Below the pieces are notes generated by a model. It ran no database searches, had not been told where the DNA came from, and saw only the letters and a list, made by a program, of their open reading frames with translations. The position numbers and the translations under genes are program-made. Positions 25,040-35,604 of a stretch of DNA of 35,604 nt are shown piece after piece. The first letter of the stretch is position 1. The number at the start of each line of letters is the position of its first letter. The stretch spans positions 1-35,604 of the forward strand of contig NIVC01004765.1 of assembly GCA_002269645.1 (NCBI GenBank), in the 5' to 3' direction. This DNA comes from Macrostomum lignano (taxonomy: Eukaryota).

Positions 25040-25537
25040 GTGACTATATAAATAGCAAGCTGCAAGACAGTTATTTTTATAGTCAACAATTATAACAAAT
25101 AAAATTTACATAAAGTAATAAACTGATTAATATATAAAATTGCTAGCCTACCCTTGGCTAAGCCTATGCAAAAATAAAAGCCAAGCAAAAGAAAGCATTT
25201 AATATTTAAAAGCACATTAGTGTTATTACTACTAATAATAAGAATTAGATAACAAATATATAATTAGCACATATAAAGAATGAAGGTTTTTGATTAAAAT
25301 ATAGCAAATGAGAATAAGGAATTTTTAGTATATGGAAGTTATAGAATATAGGAAGTGGGAAGCTTTCAAAATATAAAAATGAAAGGAAAGTCTGGAATTT
25401 GGAAAATAAGAAATTTCAATCACCTTGTATTCTAGTCTGTTTTAATATACACAATTGCTATATATTGTAGCCAAGGTTTGAACTGCATTAGATGTCCTCT
25501 TTCCTATGCCAGACTATGCTATCTATAATAATGCTAT

Positions 25538-26549
25538 TGAAGTGTTTGGTTGGTTCCGGTTACTTCCCTGTCAGTCACGTGAGCTGCCTACCTTGAGCTC
25601 CTCTGGGAAGTCTCTGGGTTGATCTAGTAGCGTTGGTAGTGCTGCCACCAGCTTCGCAGAGTCGCAGCCTTCAGTGAGATGCTGAGCTCGTAAAAGCAAA
25701 TAACTAAGACGAGAGAAAGAGACTCGCACTTCGTGCAGATTTAGCAGAGGTGCCCACCGTCAGCAGTCCCTGCTGGGCTGGTGCGGGGTGAGAGCGAAAG
25801 TGCTAGCTTCAGGCAATCTGAGCTGGCCTGCTAATGGATAGCAGGAGCACGGCAGCAGGCACACGCAAAGTCGGGAGTTTTGGAGTTCAATTTAAGCGCA
25901 AACTTGGCACACAAACTTAGAGTGTTCGCTAGACGAGGAGAACCGGTTTGGAGCTCTAGAACGGAGGAAAGGCCTGCCTGAGCCAAGCCATGAGAGGGGC
26001 TGCATTTATATGGAGGATTGATTGCACCATAGCATGAAAGGCCCCCGCTGAGAGTCATAAGTGACTCTGTTGCTATTTTTAGCAACAAACAAGTGGGCCC
26101 TGCCTTAGAGGAGGCAAAGGGGGGGGCGCACGTGATCTCCCCATAAACACGAGCCCAGCGTACAATAATGAAATCATTGCACTTTGGACTAAAGAAGCAA
26201 GAAGGCCTTGTCATGTGACTGACTCACATGACAAGGGGAAAAGGCCCACAAGTGAAGGCACTCATGACCGTGGGACTGGAAAACAGAAAGGCACTCCAAA
26301 TTTGGAGATGCCTGACAGAGAACAAAACAGAGGCAGGCCAGACCAAGCTGTCTGGGCACTGCAAAAAGGGAAAACAAAACAAAAGGGGGCAAACGAGGAC
26401 AAACAGACTGACAGGCAAATGGGCAAGGGACAGGCCAGAGGACAGGTGGGAGGGACAAGCAACTGCCCAGCGGCAGACAGAAACCTGGGGCGAGGGCGAG
26501 GGCAACAGCTGACTAGTGCGGCGCCTAACTAAACTAACGACTCACTACA
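25538..26549. mobile_element. Solo LTR (1012 bp), well preserved, probably minus orientation
   Basis: Termini TGAAGT...ACTACA (5/6 inverted match) and 4-bp TSD CTAT at 25534-25537 and 26550-26553. Sharp GC-rich island in AT-rich DNA, with minus-strand CATATAAATG near 26005-26014. Confidence 0.88.
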
Positions 26550-27240
26550 CTATAATAGTGCTATCTATAATAATGGACATTATGTTGTAGCTGGAATAAG
26601 GCACAATTGATTTTTCATTGGTAAAGCAAAGAATTATATGATGTAACTATAAATATATTAGATTAGTTATCATTTGGCTAAAATCAAAATAAGCTAAAAT
26701 AAAAATAAGCTAAAATCAAGAACTTTAAGTCCATTATTGATTGTTTTATTATAGCCATCAATGAGCTTTCTACTTTGCTTCAAAGAGGAAGGAGGAATAA
26801 GATAGTAGAATTGCTTTTGCAACTTATAGATATCTAGCTGGCATAGTGAGCATAGTATTGGCACTTGGAAGCCTCATTGTACAATTGCTGTAGAGTTCCA
26901 GTCAATTCTAAAGCATCTATTAGGAAATGAATGGCTTCTTATAGAAATTTCTCTTAATGAATAGAATATGTATTAGTTTGCAAATAGTTGTATCAATCTA
27001 ACAAGTTGATACTAAGAAAATCACTAGTAAATAAGCAAAGTTGATTTTCATGAAAATGCAAAGTGTCAAAGCTGTGGCTAAATATTAGATTTCAGCTTTA
27101 TACTTTGAGAATATTTCTTTATAAGAAAAGTCAAAATAAATTTTAGAGCTTCAAAACTTACTGATTTGATGCATGTTGAAAAAGTTCACTGAGTCTGCTA
27201 AGCTGCTTAGAAATTCCATTTGCTGGCATATGGTCATATG

Positions 27241-27687
27241 CACAGATACTAAAAGAACTAGATGGGCCACTCAGGCATAGGTACTTAGTAAAACAGCTTT
27301 CTACTTTCAGTTCAGTAGCAAAGAAGAATACATAAGCCATTTTATAAAAATAAAGGCGGCTGAAACGACTGATAAGTTTAGAAGCCCAAAGCTTGCAGGC
27401 GTAAACAGCTTGCTAATTGGTTCAGCAATAATGTACATTGGCCAGTCCACTGAAATGTACATGGCAGCTTTAGGCTGGAATTCCAAGAAAGGCAATAAAA
27501 ATTTGGGCAGGGCAGGGGTAGTGTGGAAAGGCGCAGTTAGAGGGTTTAAGCGAGGGGGGTAAGAACCAATAAATGAGCCGTGGCTTTAAAAATGAATTAA
27601 AATGCTTCTGTTTAACTTACTACTGAACTGAAAGTAGCTTACATGCAAATTTGCAGAGTGGCCCATCTAGTTATTCTAGTATCTGTG
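27241..27687. mobile_element. 447-bp MITE with 8-bp TSD (P-element or hAT superfamily)
   Basis: TIR CACAGATACTA.AA.AACTAGATGGGCCACTC at both ends, plus an inner inverted block CTACTTTCAGTTCAGTAG. TSD GTCATATG at 27233-27240 and 27688-27695. Confidence 0.88.
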
Positions 27688-28019
27688 GTCATATGCTTAG
27701 TCTGTGATGCAGAATGATAAAAATAGGACCATATTTGTATTCTTTGCTTGACACTCTCTATCAGTTATGCCAATATCCAAAGTTAAACAAATTCCTTGAG
27801 AAAGCTAGTTATAAGAAAACATATGAATGTAGGAGTAAAAAGCCAGAACAATGACACTTAGACAATAGTCAGAAAAATTCTTAGGTGACTTGCACAATAT
27901 GTTGTATGAAATGACAATAATTGTTTTAGCAGGTGTTTGCTATAGCCTGCTAAAGTGCTAAACTATAATTTACTTGCAAAATATTTATTAGTACTTAGTC
28001 TATAAATAAAAGGCATATT

Positions 28020-28700
28020 CACCCTGTAAGTGGGTCCTATAAATGCTCTAATAGTTTATGCTAAAAATGCCCCTTATAGCTAAGGACTTCTATGAGATCA
28101 GTAAAATATGTGAGAAATTTTGGAATATGCTAAAATGTTACTACTTCAAGTATATATAACTCTAAAACTAAATGAAATTAAAGAAAATTAAAATATACTC
28201 TTTCCTTCATCCTGAAAAAAATGCAATAAAAAAAATATAAATTGACCATAGGAAGTTCAATAACTCAGTATAATTTACGAGTTATTATATTAAAATTATA
28301 ATTTTCTCATATTTAGAAAGTGGATCACTTTAGACTTAGAGGTTATTGTATGTCAATTGCATTAACTCTTACTATAAGTAGCATAGTATTGCCACTACAT
28401 TAATTAATGTATTACAGACCATTTTTTCATTTCATGTTTAGGGCAACCTAACTTATTTACCAAAGAGTAAGAAATGTAGGAAAAAGCCTGTGGTACATTG
28501 GGACTGGTTTGCACAACAATGAGGGCAGATGGTAGGGTGAATATATAGCAGATATTGTAAATTTCACATAATGCTTTGAATTTCTTGCTAGCAAAGGTTC
28601 TGCCATTATCCATGTGGACCTAATTAGGTTAGTCATATCCGGCTATTATTTGTTAGATTTTTTATATATAATTGGCAAAGTAAAAGGGCAATATGTCATA
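28020..28700 (-). pseudogene. Heavily AT-eroded retroviral-type (Gypsy-like) integrase relic
   Basis: IAGYD*PN*VHMDNGRTFASKKFKALCEIYNICYIFT matches the integrase core consensus RYGxPxQIHTDNGxxFxSxxFxxLCxxxGIxHxFT. A weaker FIGP-YRV-like tail lies near 28030-28060. The lower boundary is uncertain. Confidence 0.65.
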
Positions 28701-28703
28701 CTA

Positions 28704-28900
28704 TCTCCTATATACTAAAAATGAAAATCTTGCTTGCTTGCTTGCTTGTAATCGATTAGAGAAAAAATGGCTTAACCGATTTTCATGAGACTTGCACTGT
28801 TCGATCAGAAATTTTCCTGGGACGGTACATGCATCTTGGCTAAGAAATTGCTCCATGTTAAAGGGATTAAATATTCGAAAAACATGCTTTTTTGCAAAGG
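28704..28900 (+). mobile_element. 5' part of a non-autonomous Helitron-like element
   Basis: A|TC start, then CCTATATACTAAAAATGAAAAT, a (CTTG)n microsatellite and ..GGCTTAACCGATTTTCATGA, the layout of invertebrate Helitron-derived repeats. CpG-rich relative to the left flank. No 3' hairpin or CTAG end identified. Confidence 0.5.
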
Positions 28901-29301
28901 TCAAGCAAACTTTTCGACTTGAAATGCATTGTAAGAATGCTAGAGAAAAAACTGACTGGTTGAATTCTGATTCTGAAATAGATTGCATCATAACTGAATT
29001 GTAACTCCGACTTGAATTGAAAATGCAGTGTGGAAGCGTAGCACCAGACTTGATTTAAATTGCGTAACCATATTGTTAACTGATACTGACTGAGTGAGAA
29101 ACTGATTATGTCATAACTGCTTCGTGTGATTTACTCTATGCTTGGATTTAAAAGTGTTGAGTTATATAAGTGCAAAATTTGATGTTATCAAAACGATGAG
29201 AGCTAGCCTAGAGGTAAACAGACTGACTGCTAAATGCAGGGACGATGGTTCGAATTTTTAGAGAGTTTTTTTAATTAAAGTTTTTTAACGCCAAGAAAAC
29301 T

Positions 29302-32300
29302 AAAAAATCATGGAAGCGTCATGTAAAAATTATAGAAGCGTCATGTAAAAATTATAGAAGCGTCATGTAAACAATCATTGAAGCGTCATCTAAAAAGTCA
29401 TAGAAGCGTCATGTAAAAAATCATAAAAGCGTCATGTAAAAAATCATAGAAGCGTCATGTAAAAATCATAGAAGCGTCATGTAAAAAATCATAGAAGCGT
29501 CATGTAAACAATCATGGAAGCGTCATTTAAAAAAATCATAGAAGCGTCATGTAAACATCATAGAAGCGTCATGTAAAAATCATAGAAGCGTCATGTAAAA
29601 AATCATAGAAGCGTCATATAAACATCATAGAAGCGTCATGTAAACAATTATAGAAGCGTCATGTAAAAATCATAGAAGCGTCATGTAAAAAATCATAGAA
29701 GCGTCATATAAACATCATAGAAGCGTCATGTAAACAATTATAGAAGCGTCATGTAGACAATCATAGAAGCGTCATGTAGACAATCATAGAAGCGTCATGT
29801 AAAAAATCATAGAAGCGTCATGTAAAAATCATAGAAGCGTCATGTAAACAATCATAGAAGCGTCATGTAAACAATCATAGATGCGTCATGTAAACAATCA
29901 TAGAAGCGTCGTGTAAACAATCATAAAAAAGCGTTATGTAAAAAATCATAGAAGCGTCATGTAAACAATCATGGAAGCGTCATTTAAAAAAATCATAGAA
30001 GCGTCATGTAAACAATCATAGAAGCGTCATGTAAAAATCATAGAAGCGTCATGTAAAAATCATAGAAGCGTCATATAAACAATCATAGAAGCGTCATGTA
30101 AACAATCATAGAAGCGTCATGTAAACAATCATAGAAGCGTCATGTAAAAATCATAGAAGTGTCATGTAAAAAATCATAGAAGCGTCATGTAAAAATCATA
30201 GAAGCGTCATGTAAAAAATCATAAAAGCGTCATATAAACAATCATAAAAGCGTCATATAAACGATCATAGAAGCGTCATGTAAACAATCATAGAAGCGTC
30301 ATGTAAAAATCATAGAAGCGTCATGTAAACAATCATAGAAGCGTCATGTAAAAATCATAGAAGCGTCATGTAAACAATCATAGAAGCGTCATCTAAAAAG
30401 TCATAGAAGCGTCATGTAAAAAATCATAAAAGCTTCATATAAACAATCATAGAAGCGTCATATAAACGATCATAGAAGCGTCATGTAAACAATCATAGAA
30501 GCGTCATGTAAAAATCATAGAAGCGTCATGTAAAAATCATAGAAGCGTCATATAAACAATCATAGAAGCGTCATTTAAAAAAATCATAGAAGCGTCATGT
30601 AAACAATCATAGAAGCGTCATGTAAACAATCATAGATGCGTCATGTAAACAATCATAGAAGCGTCGTGTAAACAATCATAAAAAAGCGTTATGTAAAAAA
30701 TCATAGAAGCGTCATGTAAACAATCATGGAAGCGTCATTTAAAAAAATCATAGAAGCGTCATGTAAACAATCATAGAAGCGTCATGTAAAAATCATAGAA
30801 GCGTCATGTAAAAAATCATAGAAGCGTCATATAAACAATCAAAGAAGCGTCATGTAAACAATCATAGAAGCGTCATGTAAACAATCATAGAAGCGTCATG
30901 TAAAAATCATAGAAGCGTCATGTAAAAATCATAGAAGCGTCATGTAAAAAATCATAGAAGCGTCATGTAAAAATCATAGAAGCGTCATGTAAAAAAATCA
31001 TAAAAGCGTCATATAAACAATCATAAAAGCGTCATATAAACGATCATAGAAGCGTCATGTAAACAATCATAGAAGCGTCATGTAAAAATCATAGAAGCGT
31101 CATGTAAAAATCATAGAAGCGTCATGTAAAAATCATAGAAGCGTCATGTAAACAATCATAGAAGCGTCATGTAAACAATCATAGAAGCGTCATGTAAACA
31201 ATCATAGAAGCGTCATCTAAAAAGTCATAGAAGCGTCATGTAAAAAATCATAAAAGCGTCATATAAACAATCATAGAAGCGTCATATAAACGATCATAGA
31301 AGCGTCATGTAAACAATCATAGAAGCGTCATGTAAAAATCATAGAAGCGTCATGTAAAAATCATAGAAGCGTCATGTAAACAATCATGGAAGCGTCATTT
31401 AAAAAAATCATAGAAGCGTCATGTAAACATCATAGAAGCGTCATGTAAAAATCATAGAAGCGTCATGTAAAAAATAATAGAAGCGTCATATAAACATCAT
31501 AGAAGCGTCATGTAAACAATTATAGAAGCGTCATGTAAAAATCAAAGAAGCGTCATGTAAAAAATCATAGAAGCGTCATGTAAACAATCATAGAAGCGTC
31601 ATGTAAACAATCATAGAAGCGTCGTGTAAACAATCATAAAAAACGTTATGTAAAAAATCATAGAAGCGTTATGTAAACAATCATAGAAGCGTAATGTAAA
31701 AAATGGAAGAAGCGTCATGTAAAAAGCATAGAAACGTCATATAAACATCATAGAAGCGTCATGTAAAAATCATAGAAGCGTCATGTAAACAATCATAGAA
31801 GCGTCATGTAAAAATCATAGAAGCGTCATTTAAAAAATCATAGAAGCGTCATATAAACATCATAGAAGCGTCATGTAAACAATCATAGAAGCGTCATGTA
31901 AAAATCAAAGAAGCGTCATGTAAAAAATCATAGAAGCGTCATGTAAACAATCATAGAAGCGTCGTGTAAACAATCATAAAAAAGCGTCATATAAAAAGCA
32001 TAGAAACGTCATATAAACAATCATAGAAGCGTCATGTAAACAATCATAGATGCGTCATGTAAACAATCATAGAAGCGTCGTGTAAACAATCATAAAAAAG
32101 CGTTATGTAAAAAATCATAGAAGCGTCATGTAAAAATCATAGAAGCGTCATGTAAACAATCATAGAAGCGTCATGTAAAAATCAAAGAAGCGTCATGTAA
32201 ACAATCATAGAAGCGTCATCTAAAAAGTCATAGAAGCGTCATGTAAAAAATCATAAAAGCGTCATATAAACAATCATAGAAGCGTCATATAAACGATCAT

Positions 32301-33900
32301 AGAAGCGTCATGTAAACAATCATAGAAGCGTCATGTAAAAATCATAGAAGCGTCATGTAAAAATCATAGAAGCGTCATGTAAACAATCATGGAAGCGTCA
32401 TTTAAAAAAATCATAGAAGCGTCATGTAAACATCATAGAAGCGTCATGTAAAAATCATAGAAGCGTCATGTAAAAAATCATAGAAGCGTCATATAAACAT
32501 CATAGAAGCGTCATGTAAACAATTATAGAAGCGTCATGTAAAAATCAAAGAAGCGTCATGTAAACAATCATAGAAGCGTCATGTAAACAATCATAGAAGC
32601 GTCATGTAAACAATCATAGAAGCGTCGTGTAAACAATCATAAAAAAGCGTTATGTAAAAAATCATAGAAGCGTTATGTAAACAATCATAGAAGCGTAATG
32701 TAAAAAATCGAAGAAGCGTCATGTAAAAAGCATAGAAACGTCATATAAACATCATAGAAGCGTCATGTAAAAATCATAGAAGCGTCATGTAAACAATCAT
32801 AGAAGCGTCATGTAAAAATCATAGAAGCGTCATTTAAAAAATCATAGAAGCGTCATATAAACATCATAGAAGCGTCATGTAAACAATCATAGAAGCGTCA
32901 TGTAAAAATCAAAGAAGCGTCATGTAAAAAATCATAGAAGCGTCATGTAAACAATCATAGAAGCGTCGTGTAAACAATCATAAAAAAGCGTCATATAAAA
33001 AGCATAGAAACGTCATATAAACAATCATAGAAGCGTCATATAAAAAATCATAGAAGCGTCATGTAAAAATCATAGTAGCGTCATGTAAAAAAATCATAGA
33101 AGCGTCATGTAGAAATCATAGAAGCGTCATATAAACAATCATAGAAGCGTCATCTAAAAAGCATAGAAGCGTCATGTAAACAATCATAGAAGCGTCATGG
33201 AAAAAGCATAGAAGCGTCATGTAGACAATCATAGAAGCGTCATGTAAAAAATCATAGAAGCGTCATGTAAAAATCATAGTAGCGTCATGTAAAAAATCAT
33301 AGAAGCGTCATGTAAAAATCATAGAAGCGTCATATAAACAATCATAGAAGCGTCATCTAAAAAGCATAGAAGCGTCATGTAAACAATCATAGAAGCGTCA
33401 TGGAAAAAGCATAGAAGCGTCATGTAGACAATCATAGAAGCGTCATGTAAAAAGCATAGAAGCGTCATATAAACAATCATAGAAGCATCATGTAAAAAGC
33501 ATAGAAGCGTCATATAAACAATCATAGAAGCGTCATCTAAAAAGCATAGAAGCGTCATGTAAACAATCATAGAAGCGTCATGGAAAAAGCATAGAAGCGT
33601 CATGTAGACAATCATAGAAGCGTCATGTAGACAATCATAGAAGCGTCATGTAAAAAATCATAGAAGCGTCATGTAAAAACCATAGAAGCGTCATATAAAC
33701 AATCATAGAAGCGTCATCTAAAAAGCATAGAAGCGTCATGTAAAAAATCATAGAAGCGTCATGGAAAAAGCATAGAAGCGTCATGTAGACAATCATAGAA
33801 GCGTCATGTAAAAAGCATAGAAGCGTCATATAAACAATCATAGAAGCATCATGTAAAAATCATAGAAGCGTCATGAAAAATCATAGAAGCCTCATTTAAA
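29302..33900. repeat. 4.6-kb satellite array, 22-23-bp monomer AGAAGCGTCATGTAAA(A/C)AATCAT, roughly 200 units
   Basis: Directly visible tandem array, with variation mostly in the A-run half of the unit. Confidence 0.99.
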
Positions 33901-33959
33901 GACTAATGAAAGTGTCATTTAAAAAATTAAGAAGCATCATGGTAGAATAAAGGAAGCGT

Positions 33960-35450
33960 CATGTCAGACATGAAGGTGTCATGTAAAAATTAAATGCAGC
34001 TATAATGCTGTGCTGGGGAGAATTACTGAGACGTCAAGGCTCACAGAGAATAACTGAGATTACAGGGGGGTTTCTGAGATGTCAAAGCAAAAGTTAGAAG
34101 CTACTTCAAAGTTCATGTACTTTACTCAATTTTTTATTACATTCTTTGTTGGCTCGCCACGGGGGAGGCGCTGATAGAAGAAGAGTCATGTAAAAAATAA
34201 AAGTAGCACTAAGTATACATAAAAGAAAAGTCATGTCGAAGTTAAAAGATTCATTTGGGAATTGCTACGATGTCAAAGCTTGGTGGAAATCGTTATAGTG
34301 CTGTGATTCTTAAAGAAGGAATCACTAAAATTCCAAGGCTTAGGGGAGAAGAATTGCTGAGATTTCAAGGCTTTAGGTTGGGTTAAAGTTAGGTTTAGGT
34401 CAAGTGTGGGTTGAGGGTTATATTTTATCGGTTTCAAGGTTAACAAGGGATTTTTTAGATTTCAAGATTTATGGGGGCATCGCTGACATGTCAAGGCTCA
34501 CGGGGTATAAATGAGATTTCAAGGCTTAAGTCAGAAGCTACATGTAGTTTATTGAAAACTTTTTATTACATTATTTGTTGACTCCTCAGGGCTCGCTGAT
34601 AGAAAAGCGTAATGTAAAAATAAAAGAAGCTTCATGTCGAAGTTAAGAGATTCATTTGGGAATCCCTACGATGTCGAGGCTTGCAGGGAATCGCTATAAT
34701 GCTGTAGTAGTGCTATAATGACTCAGAAAACTGAAATTTCAATGCTTTAGGGTTAGGTTAGGGTTAGGGTTAGGGTTAGGGTTAGGGTTAGGGTTGGGCT
34801 AGGGTTAGGGTTAGGGTTAGAAGGTTGACAGATTTTTTTAGATTTCAAGGCTTTTTGGGGGCATCGCTGAGATGTCAAGGGGGAAGTTGATTTGTTAAAG
34901 CTTGTGGGGGGAATTACTGACATTTCAAGGCTTACAAGGGACAATTCTGAGGTATGTTGCTAAGAGATGCTACATGTAGTTTATTACAAAACTTGTACTG
35001 CATTTTTGGCTCCCTAACGCTAAGATACTAAGCTAAAAAATACTACTAGCACTTCACAAACTTATGCAGATGTCAGGCTGTAGGGTTAGTGTTAGGGTTG
35101 GTATTAGGGTTTAGGTTTAAGGTTAGGTTCAGGTTATTATGTTAAGATTTGGGTTAGGGTTAGGGTTAAGGAGCTTATAACTTAGCTCATGTACCTTATT
35201 AAGAATGTTTATCATGGAAGCATCATGCAAAAATAATGGAAGCGTCATGCAAAAACAATGGAAGCGTCATGCCAAAAATCATAGAAGCATCGATCATGCA
35301 AAAACTCATAGACAGAATATTGAATTTAGGGTTTTGGTTAGGGTTAGAAGTTTGACAGTAGATTTTTTAAGATTTCAAGGCCTACATGTAGCTTATTAAA
35401 AAAACGTGTATTGCATTTCTTTGGCTCCCCAACGCGGGGGCGTAGATTGC
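33960..35450. repeat. Degenerate ~400-bp compound repeat (3-4 copies) with satellite monomers, GAGAT(G/T)TCAAGGCT motifs and TTAGGG-like islands
   Basis: Anchors recur: TCATGTCGAAGTTAA.AGATTCATTTGGGAAT (~34232, ~34632), GGGGGCATCGCTGA (~34473, ~34856) and CTACATGTAG.TTATT (~34538, ~34969, ~35382). Confidence 0.8.
34747..34820 (+). repeat. Interstitial telomere-like (TTAGGG)n tract, ~12 units, mostly perfect
   Basis: TTAGGGTTAGGTTAGGGTTAGGG... Degenerate tracts also occur at ~34372-34410, ~35080-35170 and ~35326-35347. Confidence 0.95.
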
Positions 35451-35604
35451 TAGTTAACTACTATTATTACATATTTGTGTTCCTCTCTAACTTTGTTTTG
35501 ATATAGGTACAGTTATATCAATGTGTAGTTGGAACATGTTAGACCTGTTAGAACAGCAAACAGTACACACCTTCACTGCCGCATTGCCATGTGGGATTGT
35601 GAAA

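Noticed and set aside
26189-26532. Several overlapping ORFs on both strands
   Set aside because: Stop-poor, purine-skewed sequence inside the solo LTR.
26790-27000. Possible eroded plus-strand exon (RIAFATYRYLAGIVSIVLALGSLIVQLL*...)
   Set aside because: Several TAG/TAA stops and no recognisable family; it cannot be supported without a search.
33319-33841. ORFs with MIVYMTLLCF repeats
   Set aside because: By-product of 45-bp (22+23) satellite dimers staying in frame.
29302-33900. CRISPR-like array
   Set aside because: Units are directly tandem with no unique spacers, the context is eukaryotic and there are no cas genes.
34747-34944. True telomere, or the PNPN/LTLT ORF
   Set aside because: The tract is short, interstitial and followed by further repeat units. 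The ORF is just the translated repeat.

Overview
Gene-poor, transposon-dense region of an animal genome (invertebrate-type elements, TTAGGG-like repeats; species not determinable). It holds one plausible intact host gene, an orphan single-pass membrane protein at 2375-2845. A near-identical 4.99-kb tandem duplication (5258-10249 / 10255-15247, 5-nt filler) carries a Mutator transposase relic, an RNase H LINE and a foldback element. An internally deleted Gypsy element (~18289-23192, minus) contains a nested Ingi-like LINE and a solo LTR; removing each restores the host reading frame. There are further solo LTRs, MITEs and two disabled orphan ORFs with TATA boxes. A 4.6-kb 22-bp satellite appears to be one expanded module of a ~400-bp compound repeat that also carries TTAGGG islands. 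The most unusual signal is that old elements show C>T erosion at CpA/CAG as well as CpG, reminiscent of RIP or CHG-type methylation. All calls come from manual translation and motif recognition; no searches were run.
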